Below, piece after piece: positions 34,686-39,747 of a stretch of 39,747 bases of DNA. Below the pieces are notes generated by a model. It worked only from the letters and a program-made list of their open reading frames with translations. It did not search any database and was not told the DNA's origin. Numbering within the stretch: position 1 is the stretch's first letter; the number at the start of each line of letters is the position of its first letter. This DNA comes from an uncultured virus (IMG/VR IMGVR_UViG_3300050134_000033). Its lineage: Duplodnaviria > Heunggongvirae > Uroviricota > Caudoviricetes. The DNA is taken from the IMG/VR virus record IMGVR_UViG_3300050134_000033; one strand, given 5' to 3'. The position numbers and the translations under genes were made by a program.

Positions 34686-34712
34686 GGCACCCTCTACCTT
34701 TAATACCAAGGT

Positions 34713-37700
34713 TTAGATGGATATGGAGGCAACGTTTGAAAAATTCGAAGTGCCGTCCAGTGAGAACGCTTGGACGCGGAAGTAGTACGTTGACCCCGGT
34801 GCCAACTGGACGGTGATGCTTTGAATCGTGCCCGAACCTACGACCTGAAGCAGGGAGAAATTGATCCCATCCACGGAATACTGGACATTGTAGGAGGCAA
34901 CGAGGTCTGGACGCTGCTGCGACCAACTGATGGTGAGTATCGTAGTGTTCTGCGCGTTGAGCGAGGCCAATACCGTGACGTTGGTTGGCGCGAGCGGGTA
35001 GCCAGTGTACGGGCTGTTGGGATTGAACAAAATTTCACCCGTATTCACGAACTGGTTTATCAATTTGGGTGCGTTCCATGTACCAATGATGACCCCATTA
35101 GCCAAGCTGATGAGGGTTTCAAATGTCTGTCCATCGTTCGTAGCGGTCGCAGTGCCCGTATCTGAGACAGCCAGCGTAACTACACCGAGTGATGGACCTT
35201 CGCTTATCGCCGCCGCGTTGTTGAACGTTATGGTGGTAACTGTGGAGGCTGAGCAGAGGAACACACCGTTGTTCTGAGGGTTTGTAAACCCTGTAACGAG
35301 TGCCATGAACCCGAAATAAGCATTGTTAGCACCGCCAGTGATCGTTCCTGTATAGACGGCGCTATCGCCCGCTGAGGCGGCAACCGAGGTCAAATTCAAG
35401 GGTATTCCCGGGGCTGGTGGTACTGGGTCGCAGGCAGTCGCCGTGGGGTAGACAATGGACGCTTGGAACCACTGACTTGTAGCCACGATGATTTGAACGC
35501 TGAGACCGTTCAAAGGTGAAGCAATCGGCGGCGAACCACGAGGGATGAGCCCGCTCAAAATCACATTGTCGCCAACCTTGAAATTGTTGGCACAGACCAC
35601 CGTCAGGGTGTTATCGGCAATCTCAATGTCCGTGATCGCTGCCTGTGCATTCAAGATGCTGCCGATCAGGATTTGACCCGACCGTAGACTTTCGACGCCT
35701 GCTGTACGGATAAACTGTACGTTATTGGCTCCGTACAATTGGTTCGATTCCGTGCTGATCTCCATCGTTCCCGTCGTCTGCAAGGTATCGTTCGCAACCT
35801 GTAGAAGCAGAACGCCATCGGGTCCGCCGAACATTAAGACGCGCTGGTTGGCATAGCTGTAGGTGCAGAGAATACGATTGAACGTGAAATCGGAAATGCT
35901 CGGCAGGCTGATCGTTGTGTCGGGATTGTCCGTGTAAATGAAAGTGGCTGTGGTGTAACGGAACACATTACCAGCATCGTCGAGCACCAACGTGTAGTCG
36001 TCCTCAGTGTGAACGGCGTCTATAATCTGTGTCTGGTTGGGGGTGAGCAACTTCCGCAACAGGACCATGGGATTCTGACTGCTCAAATAGATGCCGCCGT
36101 ACACGAGCACGGAGTATGGCGAGATCACGATGTAGCGGTCAGTACCATCATTCACGGAGTTCCGCTTGATGGCTTGGAGATCGTTGTAGAGGATCGAGAT
36201 GTCCACGTTCCCCCACGTTCCTGCCTGATTGCGCTGAGAGATGTTGCCTGAGTAAACTGATCGCGACAACTGAAGGGTGTCGATGAAGCATGTGAAATCA
36301 TACGCGGCAATGGCAATCGTGAACTGAACTGTGACTGGCTGGTTCACACCATCGCTCACCGTAACGTCAAATATGAGACTCTCTCCTTGGATGGCTACGC
36401 CATTCGTCAGGAACTTGAACGTCGGCAGATTCGAGGCACCAACGATGGTAACGGGGGTGCCCGCTATCTGTATCCACGAGTAGGTGACGACATCATCTGG
36501 ATCATTGATGCCGAAGTAGTCTACGGGAAACTGCGTCAGAGGATTGGTGATCGCCCCCGTCGTGATGGTGATTTCAGTGTTGCGAGCAACCGTTACGGGC
36601 TGCACGAGGATGTAGCTCGGCGGCGAACCTACAGCTTCCCATGCTGGGGTTGGAAACACTATCTCGGGTGGTGCGTTGTACGGCACTTCTACTGTAATCA
36701 CGGAAAACTGGAACTGCGGGATCGCATAACCAGTCACACTGATAACGGGGATCGGTGGTGGGCCGCTCGCTGGCACCGTAATGGTCTCAGCGGTCGAGAT
36801 AGTCACTGCACCAGTGTTGGCAAGCGCCCTGCCTTCCAATGTACCGCCGCCAAGGGTGATACTCGAAACGGCGAGGATGTTACCCACGGTAACAGCACCC
36901 GGCCCGATGGATGTCCAAGAACTTCCAGCAAGCCAAACCACGTTCGCAGCTTGTGCGCCGTTCGCAAGAGTAATTGTTCCTGCGATAGCTTGCGTGATGG
37001 TGCTTGCCGTCGCATAAAACACGAACAGGGCGTCAGAATCCCCTTGGGCATCGAGAATGATTGGTGTGTCGATGGCAAGCGATGAACCACTCACGTACAC
37101 ACCTGCGTAGTAGGTGCCTGTTGGTGCACCGCCGCCAGACTGGGTTCCCATGTCCGCTGTGAGAAGTGTCTGCGTGGGGGTCAAGTTTTCGTAGTAAGAG
37201 ATTGCCGTAGCCAGATCGGTCTGGTTCTGAGCGGTTGCTGTCACATAGGCCGCAGGCGATACAAACGTTCCCGGTGGGAATCCTGAAACCGAGTTAGTCG
37301 CGTATGAGCCAATGTTACCGCCCGCGATCACCGTGTTGCCCGTGTTCGTGATACCTGAGTACGCGAGGATGGCATAGCCTGCTGCCGATGCCAATTCCGT
37401 AGTGACTGGAGACGGTGGTGCTGGAGGCGTCGGCGGCGATGGTGGGCTACCCGATATGTCGCAGAGCGGCACCGCCGTGAAAGTCGTAGATGTTGATGCA
37501 ACCACGTACCATACTTGGTCGTTCAGCGGCATGGCACTCGCTATGCCACATGCATTTTCTCCGCAAACTGGTAGTAGAACGGACGGACTAACGTTCCAAA
37601 CCATGACCTCTTCGCCTATCGCCAGCGGCAAGGTTGGAATATCAACTGGTGGAGTCCCAACTGGGGTGTTCGTCACCGTGAACTCAACCAGCGGAGGGCA

Positions 37701-39746
37701 GTTGTTCAGTATTCGATAGCCCGTTACATTAAAAGGCGGGTGACGCTGTGTGATGAGATCGGGGTAAAGGTCTACCGCCGCGACTCCCACATTGAAAGTG
37801 CTGCAAGCTCCACCAATGGCGGGGCTAACTGTGAGGACGGAAGTGTCGCTGGGCGTCCAAGCTCCGCTGGGAACCAACGTCACAAATCCAGTCGAATCGT
37901 TGTCCGACCACCAATACTCGATGGCATCCTGATCTGGGTCTACGGTTCCTGCCGCACTCAACGTGATGGGCTGACCGTATACTGGGGCTCCAGTATTGCG
38001 GTACACAAGTATCGGCGAGCACGGAGGTAGGGGCGGCTCCAACGCAACGATGGGCGGCACGTTGAACAGCGAGACATACACGGGCAGGACGGAGCCGACA
38101 TAGGTGTAGCTAACCTGAACGCCTGCGCCTACGTCCGCCAAATTGAACACGTACCGCCCGTTGGTGGGCTCGACCTGATACTGTCCTTGTGCGGGCGCTG
38201 TTTGAACTTCGACCAACGGCGTGCCAGTCTGCGAATAGATAACCCCCACGTTTTCCCAGAAGTTGGTGAATGGGGTATCGGAGAAATGATTTACCTGCAC
38301 CACGCCTGAAGCTGGGATCGTCTGTGCTTCGTTGGTAACCGAGATGAGTTTTGCCGCTTCGCCGACAAAAGCCCACGTGGATGCATTGTCGAGAAGCGAG
38401 TTTGTCCCACGAAGCCACGTGAAGACCTGTTGGTTGTACCACCCTGCGGTGTTCGAGAGACCGAGTGCGGGGGAGACAGTTGCCACGAGGAGCGGGTATG
38501 CGGGCGCTGTTCCCTGCGCTGGGAGCGGGGTCACTAGATTGAATGGCTCCAGCAAATAGGCCAAGCTCACGGTGCCGAACTGCGTAACCGACAGGACTGC
38601 TTGAACAATCGAGCCGTTGAGCGAGGTGCCGTAAACGGGGCTAAAGAGCCACGGATTCCCAGCTTGCAGCGTACCGAGCATCACGTTCCCGATGAGACCC
38701 TCGGGGGTGGTGCTTTGATTCCAGAATGACCAGTTCAAATAGCGATTGCCGAATGCGTCAGCAATGACCGTCAGGCTATCGTCGGCGTAGCGAGCCGTGA
38801 ACCCAAAGAGATTGGTCGCGGGAGCATCCCATGTCCCGGCTATGCGCTCAATGAAATTGATCGTGAACAACTGATCTTTGAAGGTGTAAACCTTCGGGTG
38901 CGCCCCGTAGTAAAGCTCGATGTTTATTCCATCTGGGGTGACTAAACTCACGGCACTGAATGTGCTGCCTGAGCGGTCGGGAGAAGATGCGACGATGTAG
39001 AGCGAGCCCGGGACGTAATTGTCGTTTGTGTCCAATTCGAAGGCGATCAGGTTTTCGCCGGAGTAGTACAAAGTCGCCAACGCTGTTGGTGATGTCTCAG
39101 CAGCGGAGTAGTCGGGGTAGTTCGTGGTGTATGCCGCAGTGAATCCCGTTTGCGTGGCGGGGGAACCGAACATAACCACGCTCAGAACTTGCACCGTCAA
39201 ACCGTTGAGGAACGTATTTCCACCACTCAACCCCGCCAAGGTAACCAATTGACCGACCGAGAATGCGTTGTTGGCCGTAACTGTCAGTGTGGTTTCGGCA
39301 GGCGTCCCTGCGGTCGCGATCTGTACGGACGTGATCGGGGCTTGGAACAGGGGCGGGACTTCAGCCCCAATCATCGTAGCATCAACAACTGACACAGCGA
39401 CAATGCGATGCCCATTATCGAGCACCACCATATCATACCCATCGCGTACCGCCGAGGCGGATGTCAAGGTGATCGGCCCAGAGAGGGTCTGGGCATTCGT
39501 GTCAAAAGTAAATTTAATCAGGTCTGAGTAGCGAGGATTGATCGCGTTGTTTTGCGCCCCGATAATGTGAAGCAGACCCGAGTTCGGGTCGTAGGCGACG
39601 ACGGGATCGAAACCGCTGTTTGGTAGCGGAGGAGAGCCGTGAAAAGGGAAGGTGTATGTCGCCACGACAGTGAACGACGCGCCGGGGCCCGGAGCGGGCG
39701 GTACGGGGTCTGACTTGAAGATAGCAAAGGAATTGTCCTGACGCAC
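34713..39746 (-). CDS. Very large multidomain virion/surface protein (PKD/Ig-like domains, repeated FCCH-like beta domains, DUF3494, C-terminal FN3); start may lie outside the window
   Basis: NVPP...TLSAAGTVDPDQDAIEYWW and DPDD.VTYSW.QIAG PKD-like units; 'TLTVTANNAFSVGQ.V.L.GL' repeats; FN3 'APTNV...ISW...Y.VQYS...LAPGSTYYFRVQA'. Confidence 0.75.
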   Translation of the reverse strand: MRQDNSFAIFKSDPVPPAPGPGASFTVVATYTFPFHGSPPLPNSGFDPVVAYDPNSGLLHIIGAQNNAINPRYSDLIKFTFDTNAQTLSGPITLTSASAVRDGYDMVVLDNGHRIVAVSVVDATMIGAEVPPLFQAPITSVQIATAGTPAETTLTVTANNAFSVGQLVTLAGLSGGNTFLNGLTVQVLSVVMFGSPATQTGFTAAYTTNYPDYSAAETSPTALATLYYSGENLIAFELDTNDNYVPGSLYIVASSPDRSGSTFSAVSLVTPDGINIELYYGAHPKVYTFKDQLFTINFIERIAGTWDAPATNLFGFTARYADDSLTVIADAFGNRYLNWSFWNQSTTPEGLIGNVMLGTLQAGNPWLFSPVYGTSLNGSIVQAVLSVTQFGTVSLAYLLEPFNLVTPLPAQGTAPAYPLLVATVSPALGLSNTAGWYNQQVFTWLRGTNSLLDNASTWAFVGEAAKLISVTNEAQTIPASGVVQVNHFSDTPFTNFWENVGVIYSQTGTPLVEVQTAPAQGQYQVEPTNGRYVFNLADVGAGVQVSYTYVGSVLPVYVSLFNVPPIVALEPPLPPCSPILVYRNTGAPVYGQPITLSAAGTVDPDQDAIEYWWSDNDSTGFVTLVPSGAWTPSDTSVLTVSPAIGGACSTFNVGVAAVDLYPDLITQRHPPFNVTGYRILNNCPPLVEFTVTNTPVGTPPVDIPTLPLAIGEEVMVWNVSPSVLLPVCGENACGIASAMPLNDQVWYVVASTSTTFTAVPLCDISGSPPSPPTPPAPPSPVTTELASAAGYAILAYSGITNTGNTVIAGGNIGSYATNSVSGFPPGTFVSPAAYVTATAQNQTDLATAISYYENLTPTQTLLTADMGTQSGGGAPTGTYYAGVYVSGSSLAIDTPIILDAQGDSDALFVFYATASTITQAIAGTITLANGAQAANVVWLAGSSWTSIGPGAVTVGNILAVSSITLGGGTLEGRALANTGAVTISTAETITVPASGPPPIPVISVTGYAIPQFQFSVITVEVPYNAPPEIVFPTPAWEAVGSPPSYILVQPVTVARNTEITITTGAITNPLTQFPVDYFGINDPDDVVTYSWIQIAGTPVTIVGASNLPTFKFLTNGVAIQGESLIFDVTVSDGVNQPVTVQFTIAIAAYDFTCFIDTLQLSRSVYSGNISQRNQAGTWGNVDISILYNDLQAIKRNSVNDGTDRYIVISPYSVLVYGGIYLSSQNPMVLLRKLLTPNQTQIIDAVHTEDDYTLVLDDAGNVFRYTTATFIYTDNPDTTISLPSISDFTFNRILCTYSYANQRVLMFGGPDGVLLLQVANDTLQTTGTMEISTESNQLYGANNVQFIRTAGVESLRSGQILIGSILNAQAAITDIEIADNTLTVVCANNFKVGDNVILSGLIPRGSPPIASPLNGLSVQIIVATSQWFQASIVYPTATACDPVPPAPGIPLNLTSVAASAGDSAVYTGTITGGANNAYFGFMALVTGFTNPQNNGVFLCSASTVTTITFNNAAAISEGPSLGVVTLAVSDTGTATATNDGQTFETLISLANGVIIGTWNAPKLINQFVNTGEILFNPNSPYTGYPLAPTNVTVLASLNAQNTTILTISWSQQRPDLVASYNVQYSVDGINFSLLQVVGSGTIQSITVQLAPGSTYYFRVQAFSLDGTSNFSNVASISI
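36775..37400 (-). other. DUF3494 (ice-binding protein-like) beta-solenoid domain within the large protein
   Basis: LASAAGYAILAYSGITNTG.T.I.G.IG, GFPPG, GVY...SSL.I...I.LDAQGD.DA.FVF, L.NGAQAANV.W..GSS, GNILA..SITL..G.LEGRALA.TGAVT; flanked by Pro-rich linkers. Confidence 0.85.
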
Positions 39747-39747
39747 G

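Noticed and set aside
1..39747. Alternative genetic code (stop reassignment) as in some large phages
   Set aside because: Long genes are intact in code 11, and TAA, TGA and TAG all end genes at sensible, often coupled, positions.
1..39747. tRNA genes, CRISPR array or self-splicing introns
   Set aside because: Intergenic gaps are mostly under 90 nt. I found no cloverleaf, no regularly spaced repeats, and no interrupted gene flanking the HNH ORFs.

Overview
This is a densely coded fragment of a large, probably jumbo, tailed dsDNA phage genome read in the standard genetic code. I found no tRNA, rRNA, CRISPR array or integrase. All family assignments come from motif recognition by eye, with no database searches. 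The left end (+ strand, 1-6329) holds the tail of a probable GT2 glycosyltransferase and four Thr/Gly/Ala-rich, Lys/Arg-poor virion-type proteins, including a 1257-aa repeat fibre. The middle and right (mostly - strand) hold many small hypothetical genes and six free-standing nucleases (HNH, endonuclease VII, GIY-YIG). The same stretch encodes a signal-peptide-bearing DUF5715/M15-like peptidase, PTH2, a spanin-like protein, an extended NusG paralogue, a DnaX clamp loader, a NUDIX hydrolase, RdgC-like and MazG-like proteins, a DRB0094-type RNA ligase, a TOPRIM primase, the C-terminal half of an SbcC/Rad50 ATPase, a divergent beta-clamp-like protein, and a 1677-aa (possibly truncated) Ig/FN3 surface protein containing a DUF3494 ice-binding-type domain. 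A + strand island (10893-13600) looks like an early host-takeover cassette and encodes a 52-aa Flp/Tad pilin that the ORF track misses. The most notable patterns are the phage-encoded pilin, the ice-binding-type domain, a GTATTA-N6-ATG leaderless promoter signature repeated across the window, and a G-S-P-[P/A] loop motif shared by three unrelated structural proteins. The host is inferred to be Acidobacteriota.
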